Shown here: one piece after another, positions 11,020 through 23,149 of the stretch
Numbering within the stretch: position 1 is the first letter of the stretch
Layout of the letters: each line of letters opens with the position of its first letter
From: Thermodesulfobacteriota bacterium
GTDB lineage: Bacteria > Desulfobacterota_D > UBA1144 > Nemesobacterales > N074bin48
Direction: 5' to 3'
DNA length: 47,375 nt
Assembly (NCBI GenBank): GCA_041572575.1
Contig: JBFFSH010000012.1
Location: forward strand, 1-47,375
The notes under the pieces: generated by a model
What the model saw: the letters and a program-made list of their open reading frames with translations, nothing else
Told to the model about the DNA's origin: nothing
Databases searched by the model: none
Program-made: the position numbers and the translations under genes

Positions 11020-11580
11020 ATGTCAGTAAAACCGGATCACTGGATTAGAAAGATGTCGCTTGAGCACAAGATGATTGACCCGTTTGTTGAGGGACAGGTA
11101 TCAAAGGGAGTCATTTCATACGGACTATCAGCCTATGGGTATGACGTAAGGATAGGTGATGAGTTTAAAGTGTTTACTAATGTTCACAACACGGTTGTAG
11201 ACCCGAAGGACTTCAACGATAAATCCTTTGTGACTATTAAGGCAGATTCGTGTATTATCCCACCAAACTCGTTTGCTCTGGCACAGACTATTGAGTATTT
11301 CAGGATACCCAGAAGCGTTATAACAGTGTGCGTTGGTAAGTCCACTTATGCCAGGTGCGGTATCATTGTAAATGTAACCCCGTTTGAGCCTGAGTGGGAA
11401 GGATTTGTAACTCTTGAGGTCTCAAACACCACTCCGCTTCCGGCAAAAATCTATGCAAATGAGGGTATTGCGCAGGTGCTGTTTTTCGAATCAGACGAGG
11501 TTTGTGAGACATCTTATGCCGATAAAAAAGGAAAGTATCAGAAGCAGGTCGGCATCACCCCGCCAAAGGTTATTAAATAG
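11020..11580 (+). CDS. dcd: dCTP deaminase
   Basis: [47 protein letters not shown]. Confidence 0.96.
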   Translation: MSVKPDHWIRKMSLEHKMIDPFVEGQVSKGVISYGLSAYGYDVRIGDEFKVFTNVHNTVVDPKDFNDKSFVTIKADSCIIPPNSFALAQTIEYFRIPRSVITVCVGKSTYARCGIIVNVTPFEPEWEGFVTLEVSNTTPLPAKIYANEGIAQVLFFESDEVCETSYADKKGKYQKQVGITPPKVIK

Positions 11581-11697
11581 CCTAAATCATTAGCTTTTTT
11601 TGCCAGTATCAATATTAAAAAACTGCTATTGCTTTGTTTACATTCTATTAATTGCGGGTATCATATTTGTACTTTGTATTACATGGAAACTTTTTAG

Positions 11698-14175
<2,478 letters not shown>

Positions 14176-14245
14176 TCCAAACCTGATTTAGTTACATCTT
14201 TTTCTTTTATTATTTAATTCCCTATCCAAATGCATTTAGGCCTCT

Positions 14246-14289
14246 AAGTATGTGTTGGTTAAACATGAAGTATGTATTGGTTAAACATG
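14246..14289. repeat. 22-bp tandem direct repeat, 2 copies
   Basis: AAGTATGT(G/A)TTGGTTAAACATG at 14246-14267 and 14268-14289 (21/22 identical). Confidence 0.9.
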
Positions 14290-14303
14290 TTTCAGCGTAG
14301 ATA

Positions 14304-14884
14304 CACACTTCGACATGCTCAGTGTGAACGGCTTTTTTTCAACACTTCTCCATCCTGAGTTTTGAGCTTTGAAAACGGCTCACACCCCACAAATAGTCCT
14401 GAGTCCTGAGTTTATCGAAGGGTCGAAGGATGCTTTTTTTTTGCTAAGCGAGACACCTCAGCCCAATCTCCACGTATCAATGCCTCTTTTTTCTTCTGAC
14501 TCCATCCTTTGATCTGCCTTTCACAGGCTTTGGCTTCCTCACGGGAAGGAAATTCCTGTGAAAATACTAGCGCCACAGGCAATCTTGTGGATGTGTAACC
14601 TTTGACTTCACCTACCTGATGCTCACCTATTCGCTTCTCAAGGTTATCCGTGTGCCCCGTGTAGTATGCGTTATCCGCACAGCGTAAAATGTAAACCCAA
14701 AAACTCATATTCTATTGGTATTTCCTAATTTTTGTGAATTCATATCCTCTTACAACCCAAAATATTAGATCCTTCATCCTCACACCCCAACCCTTCGATA
14801 AACTCAGGACTCAGGGTCATCGGAGATGCCTATTCAAATATCATGATCTTATATCAATCCGTTCATCCTGAGCTTGTCGAAGGA
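14304..14884. mobile_element. GIY-YIG gene flanked by nested inverted palindromic repeats (REPtron-like unit)
   Basis: Perfect 25-bp inverted repeat at 14398-14422 and 14791-14815; outer 21/24 inverted pair at 14308-14331 and 14859-14882. Confidence 0.6.
14412..14708 (-). CDS. Small GIY-YIG nuclease (UPF0213/YhbQ-like)
   Basis: WVYILRC...YYTGHT.NL..R...H...YT..R.P..LV...F..R.EA...E.QIK.W...KK.ALI. Confidence 0.92.
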   Translation of the reverse strand: MSFWVYILRCADNAYYTGHTDNLEKRIGEHQVGEVKGYTSTRLPVALVFSQEFPSREEAKACERQIKGWSQKKKEALIRGDWAEVSRLAKKKHPSTLR

Positions 14885-15008
14885 TGATTTTTTAAAGGGT
14901 AAAATCCCCATTTATTTCATAACTAGTATACACAGTTATAGTAACTGATCTCAACCACAATTGGGGTCAGGGCAAGTGTGTTTGGATAAGAACCAGATAA
15001 AACGGCAC

Positions 15009-15045
15009 AAAAAAAGGCAGTCAGGGAGCAAACCGTGACTACCTT
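15009..15045 (-). terminator. Intrinsic terminator of PilZ gene 1
   Basis: Stem aaggcagtca/tgactacctt with a T-tract on the minus strand. Confidence 0.7.
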
Positions 15046-15075
15046 ATGAATCAAGAGTAGGGCTTTTTTTACAAT

Positions 15076-15501
15076 TTATAGCGCATTTACTTTTTCTCTC
15101 AGCTTGGCTGCATAGAACCTTACAAGCTCTTCATTTGTCTGCTTAAATTTAATACCGGCTGTACAAAGGCCTTCCGAAAGATCTTTTACCCAAATGACCT
15201 CTCCAGAAACCTCAATAACCTTAATTTCTTCACCTTTGTTATTATCCTTCATTACAATATAAATATTGACTATTATATTCGATCTTGGAACAAGCACTTT
15301 ATCTGTCATAATGCTCATCCCGTCAGGGGTAATATCGCGCGATATGCCATAATGCACGGGTTTATCATACCCATATTTAACTTTTTCATTGATATCGACT
15401 CTGTTATATAACCGTTTTTCCTTCTTTAGCAGTGATTCCCTTGCATTTGATACAAGCCTTGGGCTCTCTTCATTAAGTACTGCATATTGAGTCTGTGCCA
15501 T
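15076..15501 (-). CDS. Stand-alone PilZ-domain protein (copy 1)
   Basis: RLYNR (RxxxR) and DITPDG (D/NxS/TxxG) motifs; GEVIWV...GIKF. Confidence 0.85.
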   Translation of the reverse strand: MAQTQYAVLNEESPRLVSNARESLLKKEKRLYNRVDINEKVKYGYDKPVHYGISRDITPDGMSIMTDKVLVPRSNIIVNIYIVMKDNNKGEEIKVIEVSGEVIWVKDLSEGLCTAGIKFKQTNEELVRFYAAKLREKVNAL

Positions 15502-15551
15502 TATACTTTCCTCACTATTTTTGATATTTAGTGCTCTTTACTTACATATAG

Positions 15552-15567
15552 AGCAATCTTCGTGCCA
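15552..15567 (-). promoter_or_regulatory. Sigma54 (-24/-12) promoter
   Basis: TGGCACG-AAGA-TTGCT on the minus strand. Confidence 0.85.
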
Positions 15568-15742
15568 TATGAAAATATAAAAGAATCGGGGTCGTATATG
15601 CCTATAATTGTAGCTATTCAGGCAGGTTTTAAGCTAATTTTTACCACTTTCACCTTCAATCCAGGAAATACTGTGCAGTATTTTATTAAATAGCCATGTA
15701 ATTGAACTCATTTAGGGAAACATTTCCCTTAGTATGGATCAT

Positions 15743-15792
15743 GAAGTTCTTCCCCGAGTCTGTGCTGAGCATACCGAAGTACTCAGAATGAC
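15743..15792. repeat. Nested REP-like half unit at the junction of the PilZ duplication
   Basis: gaagttcttc...[gtctgtgctgagcataccgaagta]ctcagaatgac. Confidence 0.6.
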
Positions 15793-15807
15793 TTATGAAA
15801 ACGGCAC

Positions 15808-15843
15808 AAAAAAAAGGCAGTCAGGGCTAACCGTGACTGCCTT
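15808..15843 (-). terminator. Intrinsic terminator of PilZ gene 2
   Basis: Stem aaggcagtca/tgactgcctt with a T-tract on the minus strand. Confidence 0.75.
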
Positions 15844-15877
15844 ATAAATCGAACTTAGGGGGAATCCGATTTATTAT

Positions 15878-16315
15878 TTAATGATCATTATTCCAGTCCC
15901 TTAATTTTTCCGCATAAAATCTGATCAATTCTTCATTTGGCTGCTTGAATTTAACCCCTGCATGAGAAATCTCGTCTGATATGTCTTTTACCCAAATAAT
16001 ATCACCTTCTATCTCAATGATATTAATGTTATCATCTTCGTCCTTATCATGATCCACAACATATATATTTACCACTATATTTGACTCTGATATTAGCGAC
16101 TTATCAGTCATAATGCTCATCCCGTCGGGAGTAATATCACGCGAAATACCATAATATTCTGGTTTAAAATATCCAAATTGAATTTTTTCTTTAATCTCAA
16201 TCCTGTTGTACAAACGCTGCTCATTTCTTAGCGGGCTTGCCTTTTTGATTGATGCCGAACCCGGTCTGGATATCTTTTTTTCGTCTACTAGAATAGCATT
16301 TATAGTATCTGCCAT
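15878..16315 (-). CDS. Stand-alone PilZ-domain protein (copy 2)
   Basis: RLYNR and YGISRDITPDGMSIMTDK shared with copy 1. Confidence 0.85.
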   Translation of the reverse strand: MADTINAILVDEKKISRPGSASIKKASPLRNEQRLYNRIEIKEKIQFGYFKPEYYGISRDITPDGMSIMTDKSLISESNIVVNIYVVDHDKDEDDNINIIEIEGDIIWVKDISDEISHAGVKFKQPNEELIRFYAEKLRDWNNDH

Positions 16316-16365
16316 TATTATTACCTCGCAATTTTGGATATTTAGCGTTCTTTACTTACATAAAG

Positions 16366-16381
16366 AGCAATCTTTGTGCCA
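16366..16381 (-). promoter_or_regulatory. Sigma54 (-24/-12) promoter
   Basis: TGGCACA-AAGA-TTGCT on the minus strand. Confidence 0.85.
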
Positions 16382-16740
16382 TACAAAAATATGAGAGAAG
16401 CAGTGTCGCATATATCGATATTTGATACTAAACAGGCAGATTTTAAGCCAATTTTTACCAACATGATCATCATTTCAGGTAATGCAGTACAGCATTATAT
16501 TAAATAGTCATTTATTTGAAGTTGTTTAGGAAAGTATCTGCCCAAACAGGTATATGTATGAGTATATGTTCTTCTAAATAAGGGTTGAACGGAAGTTAGA
16601 AAAATAATTTACACAAATTTGGGAAATAACTGACAATTTTTGGAAGATAATGGCAATTTTTGGATAATATTGTTTAGTTTCTTTTATTATCTGTTGTATC
16701 TGATCCGCAGGACATGCTCGGTGTATTATTAAGTGGATGT

Positions 16741-16803
16741 GTCATACTGAGATGGAGCCGAAGAATCTAAAATCGAGATGCTTCGCTTACACTCAAGCAT
16801 GAC
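16741..16803. repeat. GTCAT...ATGAC REP-like unit downstream of nuoH
   Basis: gtcatactgag..agccgaagaatct..agatgcttcgc..ctcaagcatgac; same family and orientation as 2161-2288. Confidence 0.85.
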
Positions 16804-16818
16804 AATTGTGGGAAAAAA

Positions 16819-17901
16819 CTAGAAATTAAGGGAAATGAGAGTTTTGAGATCCACCCTCTCAGAGAGATAAACCCACCCGCAGGAAATAAATATGTTTACA
16901 ATGGAAAGAGGAAGTAGCACCTTCCAGCCAAGGTTCATCACCTGATCGTAACGAAAGCGCGGAAGTGACCAGCGCACCCAGATGAATATAAATAGCATGG
17001 TCAGTACTTTACCAATAAAGACCATAGGCGGTAAAAACCAGTATGTGTCTATATCAATCCCAAGCCAGCCTCCGAAAGGAAGCGGATACCAGCCGCCTAA
17101 AAAGAAGGTCACGATTAAACAAGAAGCCACAATCATGTGCGTATACTCAGCCATGAAAAACATCGCAAATTTCATACTGCTGTACTCTGTGTGATAACCG
17201 GCAACGATCTCAGGCTCTGCCTCGGGCATATCAAAAGGCGCCCTGTTTGTCTCTGCAAATGACGAGACTATAAACACTATAAACCCGATAAAGAGCGGAA
17301 ACATAAACCAGTAGTTCTGCTGTGCCTCTATAATGTCGCCAAGCCTCATCGACCCCGTAAGCACTATTACGCCCACAACAGATAGCCCAAGAGCAAGCTC
17401 ATAACTAAGCATCTGTGCCGCTGCACGCAGGCCGCCGAGAAGCGAATACTTGTTATTAGACGCCCATCCGCCTATTACTACTCCATAGACGTTGAGCGAT
17501 GCTACTGCAAATATATAGAGCAGAGCCACGTTTACATCAGCAATCTGGAAGCGGAAAAAGTACGGCTCGTCCAGCACACCGAAAAAATTGGTATAAAATC
17601 CCTTACCTATGGGAATTACTGCAAGCGCGGCTATTGCTGTAACAAGAGAGATTGCAGGAGCTACAACAAAGAACTTCCTGTTTACCTGATCGGGTATGAC
17701 GTCTTCTTTGAATATAAACTTTATGCCGTCTGCAAGGGGCTGTAATAACCCAAACGGCCCTACCCTGTTTGGCCCGATTCTGTCCTGCATGAATGCGCTT
17801 ATTTTTCTCTCTGCAAGTGTTAAGTACGCAACCAGAGTGAGCACTATAAATAGTACAAGTCCAATTTTAAGAAGCGTAAATCCAAGATCTACTAATTCCA
17901 T
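16819..17901 (-). CDS. nuoH: NADH-quinone oxidoreductase subunit H
   Basis: ERKISAFMQDRIGPNRVG, QPLADGIK, GWASNNKYSLLGGLR, AETNRAPFDMPEAE, PRFRYDQ. Confidence 0.97.
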   Translation of the reverse strand: MELVDLGFTLLKIGLVLFIVLTLVAYLTLAERKISAFMQDRIGPNRVGPFGLLQPLADGIKFIFKEDVIPDQVNRKFFVVAPAISLVTAIAALAVIPIGKGFYTNFFGVLDEPYFFRFQIADVNVALLYIFAVASLNVYGVVIGGWASNNKYSLLGGLRAAAQMLSYELALGLSVVGVIVLTGSMRLGDIIEAQQNYWFMFPLFIGFIVFIVSSFAETNRAPFDMPEAEPEIVAGYHTEYSSMKFAMFFMAEYTHMIVASCLIVTFFLGGWYPLPFGGWLGIDIDTYWFLPPMVFIGKVLTMLFIFIWVRWSLPRFRYDQVMNLGWKVLLPLSIVNIFISCGWVYLSERVDLKTLISLNF

Positions 17902-17907
17902 TTTTTA

Positions 17908-19503
17908 TTAAACCTGCTTTGCTAAGCCCAGAAAGCCAAGCTTATCATAAGTCATATTATTATAAGTCGGAATGTTTTCTGAAATTGTATTAAAAACTCC
18001 GCCCGGGCTATCAAAAGCCGATTTTGTATCGCCTATTATTTCAATCAAGTCATTTATTATTTCCCACTGAGGCTTTGCCGTGCCAGGAGGATCGATGGAT
18101 TTATTTAGTCTCTGCACCCTTAATTCATCATTTGTAAAAGTGCCATCTCTCTCGTACGCCGTTGCCGCTGGCAGAATGAGGTCTGCATACTTCATGGTCT
18201 CTGTGAGTTTAGTGTCTATTACCAGGAGGTAATCAAGGCTGTTAAGCGCGCCTTCCAGTATATAGTGCTGAGACTCATGGATAATATCGAACAGGTCATT
18301 TTCCACGATAATTAATTTTCTAACTTTTTCATCAAGAATGCCGTCAATCAGGTCGTCTAAAGCTCCCGGCGTGTGGTCTATGCCGAGTGCTGTTACACCT
18401 TTGCTGTTCGGATAGGGATCGGAGCTTATAAGGTCAAACTTCTTTTCTCCTGTTGCGCTTCCGATATTTGAAACAAGCCCGCTTGCCCTGACCGAATCCT
18501 TAAGCTTGGTAAGAAGGAACAGCTCCTCGTTTGTAAGCCTGGGTGAGCCTATTATTCCAATGTTGTTATCAGCAAATCCGCCCGAAACCGGAAAGTTTTC
18601 TTCAATAAGTTCATATGCATTGCTCCAGTCAGTAATATCGAATCCGTTCTTAACCTTTATAATTGGGTCTTTAACCCTCTTTTCTTCCTGCACGTCTTCG
18701 AAGCCGTATCTTCCCCGGTCACAAATCCAGTGACCGTTTACGTCTTTATTAAACCTCGGACGTACTCTCGATACCTTTCCCTTTCTCGGATCAACCCCCA
18801 CTGTGATGTTGCACCCCGTGCTGCAAAGCGTACATACCGATTCGGTAAACTTCCAGTACCATACCCTCTCTTCATGAAGAGTACCTTTATTAAGAAGCGC
18901 ACCTACGGGGCAGAGATCGATCACATTTCCTGCAAGCTCATTATCAAGCGGCTTTCCGGGAAAGGTTACGATTTTCTTCCTAAACCCGCGGTTATCGTAT
19001 CCAAGCTCCCCTGTTTTGGTCACCTCATCTGTAAACCTCACGCATCTTGTACACATGATGCAGCGGTTGGGATCGTACATTATGCGGTCTGAAAGGTAGT
19101 ATTTCTGTCTTACTTTCTTTTCATAAGGGGTATCAAACCTGCTGTATCCCGGGCCGTGCTTTACGGTAGTAAGCTGAAGAGGACACTCCCCGCCCTTATC
19201 ACAAATAGGGCAGTCAAGCGGGTGGTTTATAAGAGTAAATTCTACTGTGGCCTTTCTTGCTTCAATGGCTTTTTCGGTGTTGGTTTTAACCTCCATGCCG
19301 TCACGTACAAAGGTGTTACAGCCTGGAAGAACCTTGGGCACTCCTTCCACTTCTACAAGGCACTGCCTGCACTGTGCTACTATGCTTAGGTCGGGATGAT
19401 AGCAAAAATGCGGTACTTCGATGCCAACCTGCTCGGCAGCCTGAATGAGGTTCAAACCATCCTCAACCTCTACTTCAATTCCGTCTATAGTTAACTTTGG
19501 CAT
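17908..19503 (-). CDS. nuoG: NADH-quinone oxidoreductase subunit G (short form)
   Basis: PHFCYH..CRQCLVE (N1b), HPLDCPICDKGGECPLQ (N5), CIMCTRCVRF..DLCPVGAL (N4), CTLCSTGC..CDRGR (N7); adjacent to nuoH. Confidence 0.9.
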   Translation of the reverse strand: MPKLTIDGIEVEVEDGLNLIQAAEQVGIEVPHFCYHPDLSIVAQCRQCLVEVEGVPKVLPGCNTFVRDGMEVKTNTEKAIEARKATVEFTLINHPLDCPICDKGGECPLQLTTVKHGPGYSRFDTPYEKKVRQKYYLSDRIMYDPNRCIMCTRCVRFTDEVTKTGELGYDNRGFRKKIVTFPGKPLDNELAGNVIDLCPVGALLNKGTLHEERVWYWKFTESVCTLCSTGCNITVGVDPRKGKVSRVRPRFNKDVNGHWICDRGRYGFEDVQEEKRVKDPIIKVKNGFDITDWSNAYELIEENFPVSGGFADNNIGIIGSPRLTNEELFLLTKLKDSVRASGLVSNIGSATGEKKFDLISSDPYPNSKGVTALGIDHTPGALDDLIDGILDEKVRKLIIVENDLFDIIHESQHYILEGALNSLDYLLVIDTKLTETMKYADLILPAATAYERDGTFTNDELRVQRLNKSIDPPGTAKPQWEIINDLIEIIGDTKSAFDSPGGVFNTISENIPTYNNMTYDKLGFLGLAKQV

Positions 19504-19640
19504 CTTATAAAAATAGGAGTGAAATAACGCCTGTTAAGTTACCAAGAATTCATAAAGAAGCAAGACTTTTGAGCAAAAATAGAATTATTAGATTATACTA
19601 TTAGGCATCAATATTTTGTTATATAACCAGGCGGATATTT

Positions 19641-20225
19641 GTGTTTAACAGAACAATAAAAACAATAGCAGTAATTATGCTTATAATTGCCTCTGCAGGA
19701 AGCCTTTATGCAAAAGAGGTCTGGCAGTGGACTGACAAAGAGGGTACTACGCATATAACGGATAATAAGGCCAAGATTCCCGAACAGTACAGGGAAACAG
19801 CCAAAAATCTAAACTGGAATGATTCGTCTAACAACGAGAATGTATTCAAAGACACCCTTGATGCCGATGATACAGTTATCATAACTATCGAAGAAGAACC
19901 CTATGTGGACGGGATTATTGATACAGAGCATGAAGCAGAGCTAAGAGAGGAGTGGAGGGCAAAGATGGTAGCAATTGAGCAGGAGCAGGCAGAGGTTGAG
20001 AGCAAGCTTGCCCAGGCCACAGAGGATCAAAAGTACAAAAAAAGAGAGGTGGACTGGTATTTGAGAAACGGCTACCCGGCTGACTATATGATAGCAGAGT
20101 TAAAAGGGATCGAAAGGTATATAGAAGACCTTGAGGAAGAACTCACCACCATCCCCCCCAAAATAGACGCCCTGCAGATCGAAGCCCGCAAAGCAGGCGT
20201 GCCACCGGGGTATTTGAGGGAGTGA
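19641..20225 (+). CDS. Exported DUF4124-like protein with coiled coil
   Basis: Signal peptide; VWQWTDKEGTTHITDN...IP.QY motif; C-terminal ARKAGVPPGYLR. Confidence 0.75.
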   Translation: MFNRTIKTIAVIMLIIASAGSLYAKEVWQWTDKEGTTHITDNKAKIPEQYRETAKNLNWNDSSNNENVFKDTLDADDTVIITIEEEPYVDGIIDTEHEAELREEWRAKMVAIEQEQAEVESKLAQATEDQKYKKREVDWYLRNGYPADYMIAELKGIERYIEDLEEELTTIPPKIDALQIEARKAGVPPGYLRE

Positions 20226-20280
20226 TTTATAGTAGTATTATAAATTAAGTATTTAATTACAATAAGTTTTAATCCATCAC

Positions 20281-22215
20281 ATGACTACTCCAGATAAATC
20301 ACCATATGACGAACTAGACATTGATGAAACACTGAAAACCATACTCGAGGGAACATCCAGCAAAGTAGGCAAGGAGTTTTTTAAAGTTTTAGTTTTCAAT
20401 CTGGCAAAGGCTCTTGATACATACGCAGCATGGATAACGGAACTTGAGTCAGCCCAAAAAGCAAGCTCAATTGCATTTATTATGAACGGCAAGTGGGTTA
20501 AGGAATATGTTTATGACCTTAAAAACACGCCCTGTGAACCCGTAATAATGGGAAGGGAACTTGTACATATTCCTGATAACGTCGTTAAGCTTTATCCCAA
20601 AGACCCCGATCTTATCACTTTCGACCCTATTCCGCTTAGTTATATGGGCATACCTCTAATTGATTCAAATGGCAGTGTGCTTGGACACCTGGCCGTGATG
20701 GACTCAAAGCCCATGCCTGAAAATCCTAGAAACGTGGCAATAATGAATATCTTTGCCGCAAGGGCGCTTGCAGAAATGCAAAGACTAAAAGCAGAAGCTA
20801 AAGTCTTAGAAAGAGAAAAAAAACATATGCGACTGCTTTCAAGCGCTATGGACGCAATTGCCGAGTTTGATGAAGATTTAAAAATCACTCAGGTAAACAG
20901 GTCTGCCGAAAAGATCCTTGGCTCATGCTCCGAAGTGCTCGTTGGAACAAACTATGCAACTATGATGTCAAAGGCAAGCCTTGAAAAACTCATAAAGATT
21001 ATTGATAAGCTTGAAGACAAAAAAGAAGGTGAAAAAAACCTGTGGATACCGGCAGGGCTTGAACTCACCGATGTTGACGGTAATAAATTTCAGGCAGAAG
21101 CCACAATTTCACAGCTGGATATTAACAGCAAGAAATACTACACACTTATTTTTAGAAATGTAACCCACAGGATTGAGGCAGAAAAAAAGATAGAGTCACT
21201 ATCCAGCCAGGCGGAATACCTAAAGGAAGAGATCAAATCCCAGCACAACTTTGAAGAAATCATCGGTAAGAGCAAGTCACTGCAGGATGTTATTAATAAT
21301 GTTAAAAAAGTTTCTACCACAAACTCTACAGTGCTTATATACGGAGAGACTGGCACGGGAAAGGAACTGATTGCGCGCCTCATTCATGCTGAGAGCAAAA
21401 GGAGTGATAAACCGCTTATAAAGGTAAACTGCGCCGCAATTCCGGCAGCCCTTATCGAGAGTGAATTTTTCGGACATGAAAAAGGCGCTTTTACCGGGGC
21501 AACATCAAAAAGAGAAGGAAGGTTTTTAATAGCCGACGGGGGTACGATATTTCTGGATGAAATCGGCGAGCTTCCGCTTGATCTTCAATCCAAACTTCTA
21601 AGAGTGCTGCAGGAAGGGGAGTTTGAGCCCGTGGGAACTTCAAAGACAATCAGAGTGGACGTGAGGATTATTGCCGCCACAAACAGGGATCTGTTAAAAG
21701 AAGTGGAATCAGGAAATTTCAGGGAGGATTTATATTACAGGCTCAATGTCTTTCCTATCACCGTACCGCCTCTGAGAGAAAGAGGTGATGATGTGATTAC
21801 CCTTGCTGAGGCGTTTTGTAAAAAATATGCGGGTAATATTGGGGTCAAATTAAACCCGATAGATAAAGGAAATATCGAATTTCTAAAAAATTACAGATGG
21901 CCCGGCAACATAAGGGAGCTTCAGAATGTGATAGAAAGAGCCGTAATAACATCTCAAGATGGCAGTATTAATCTCATCGGTGAACTTCCGGCAGGTTCTG
22001 ATTCCCTTGCTAAAAATAATATTGAAAGCATAGACGATGATAGGGTTTATACCGTAAAAGAGCTTTCTAACATTGAAAGAGATAACATCCTGAGGGCGCT
22101 TGAAAAAACCGGCTGGAAAATTTCCGGACAGAGCGGTGCCGCAAACCTGCTTGGAATCCCTCCCACTACGCTTAATTCAAGAATCAAGGCTCTTAATATC
22201 AAAAAACCCTCCTAA
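20281..22215 (+). CDS. Sigma54-dependent activator, GAF-PAS-AAA+-HTH (FhlA/HyfR-like)
   Basis: [41 protein letters not shown]-terminal HTH. Confidence 0.93.
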   Translation: MTTPDKSPYDELDIDETLKTILEGTSSKVGKEFFKVLVFNLAKALDTYAAWITELESAQKASSIAFIMNGKWVKEYVYDLKNTPCEPVIMGRELVHIPDNVVKLYPKDPDLITFDPIPLSYMGIPLIDSNGSVLGHLAVMDSKPMPENPRNVAIMNIFAARALAEMQRLKAEAKVLEREKKHMRLLSSAMDAIAEFDEDLKITQVNRSAEKILGSCSEVLVGTNYATMMSKASLEKLIKIIDKLEDKKEGEKNLWIPAGLELTDVDGNKFQAEATISQLDINSKKYYTLIFRNVTHRIEAEKKIESLSSQAEYLKEEIKSQHNFEEIIGKSKSLQDVINNVKKVSTTNSTVLIYGETGTGKELIARLIHAESKRSDKPLIKVNCAAIPAALIESEFFGHEKGAFTGATSKREGRFLIADGGTIFLDEIGELPLDLQSKLLRVLQEGEFEPVGTSKTIRVDVRIIAATNRDLLKEVESGNFREDLYYRLNVFPITVPPLRERGDDVITLAEAFCKKYAGNIGVKLNPIDKGNIEFLKNYRWPGNIRELQNVIERAVITSQDGSINLIGELPAGSDSLAKNNIESIDDDRVYTVKELSNIERDNILRALEKTGWKISGQSGAANLLGIPPTTLNSRIKALNIKKPS

Positions 22216-22230
22216 CCTTTATATTAATTT

Positions 22231-22282
22231 ACGACATCTCGCCAAGATTAGTGGCGATATCTCGTTAATCACGAATTCTCGT
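22231..22282. promoter_or_regulatory. Three (A/G)CGA-N4-TCG(T/C) dyads, putative upstream activating sequence
   Basis: acgacatctcgc (22231), gcgatatctcgt (22254), acgaattctcgt (22271), 70-120 bp upstream of a sigma54 promoter. Confidence 0.6.
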
Positions 22283-22352
22283 TAGTCCTGAAATATTCCG
22301 ATTATCATCATAACATACTGTACTCATTGTCTTATTTCTCTGGAATGAGGCT

Positions 22353-22368
22353 TGGCACGCCTATTGTA
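22353..22368 (+). promoter_or_regulatory. Sigma54 promoter of the OsmC-like gene
   Basis: TGGCACG-CCTA-TTGTA. Confidence 0.75.
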
Positions 22369-22406
22369 ATTATATAAATCAAATTCAAATTTAGGAGGTA
22401 AGACAA

Positions 22407-22982
22407 ATGTCAAACCAAGCAACACAAACAGCAGAGAATATGTTAAACGGAGTAAGCGTAGACGGTATCTTTTCAACCATAGAGGCCGTACAGGAAAATG
22501 GAGAAATAGCTAAGTTTAAGTTCCGCAACTCTAACAACTGGGTAGAGGGAGGGCTAAACCGCTCTGAGATTTCAGGTTTCTATGGCGCATGCCAGGAGCA
22601 TGGTGACAGAAACTTCACTCTGGAAAATGACGAGCCGCCGGTTCTACTTAGTAAGGATCAGGCTCCAAATCCTGTCGAATATGTACTTCATGCACTTGCA
22701 GGCTGCATTACGACTACGCTTGTTTATCATGCCGCAGCAAAGGGAATAGAAATTCAGGAAATGGAAACAAAGTTTGAGGGCGATCTTGATCTGAGAGGTT
22801 TTCTCGGACTTCCCGGTGCAAAAAGAAGAGGCTACGAGGAAATCAGGATTTCGATGAGGGTTAAAGCCGATGCCACAGATGAGCAGATTGAAGAGCTGGT
22901 TGATCTTGCCCAAAGACGCTCCCCCGTTTTCGATACAGTTACTAACCCCGTACCTGTAAAAATAAATCTCATAAAGGATTAA
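22407..22982 (+). CDS. OsmC/Ohr-superfamily protein
   Basis: DEPPVLL..DQAPNPVEYVLHALAGC, EGDLDLRGFLGL, SPVFDTV; AGGAGG RBS. Confidence 0.88.
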   Translation: MSNQATQTAENMLNGVSVDGIFSTIEAVQENGEIAKFKFRNSNNWVEGGLNRSEISGFYGACQEHGDRNFTLENDEPPVLLSKDQAPNPVEYVLHALAGCITTTLVYHAAAKGIEIQEMETKFEGDLDLRGFLGLPGAKRRGYEEIRISMRVKADATDEQIEELVDLAQRRSPVFDTVTNPVPVKINLIKD

Positions 22983-22997
22983 AACATGACCATTCAT

Positions 22998-23030
22998 AGC
23001 AAAGGGTTGCTATTCGGCAGCCCTTTTGCT
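22998..23030 (+). terminator. Intrinsic terminator
   Basis: Hairpin aaagggttgc-tattcg-gcagcccttt. Confidence 0.65.
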
Positions 23031-23149
23031 GTCAGTTTTGTTACTTAAACAACCCATCTGTTTTTGACTATAACCCTATAAAGCATTAATCTTATAATAT
23101 ATAGCTAAAACAGCATATTCATATCCAATGAATACAAGGAGGGAGTCTG

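Noticed and set aside
16335..16345. TGGATATTTAG matching the gyrB 3' end, as a second gene-end duplication
   Set aside because: Only 11 AT-rich bp and part of the PilZ 5' UTR shared by both copies; probably chance.
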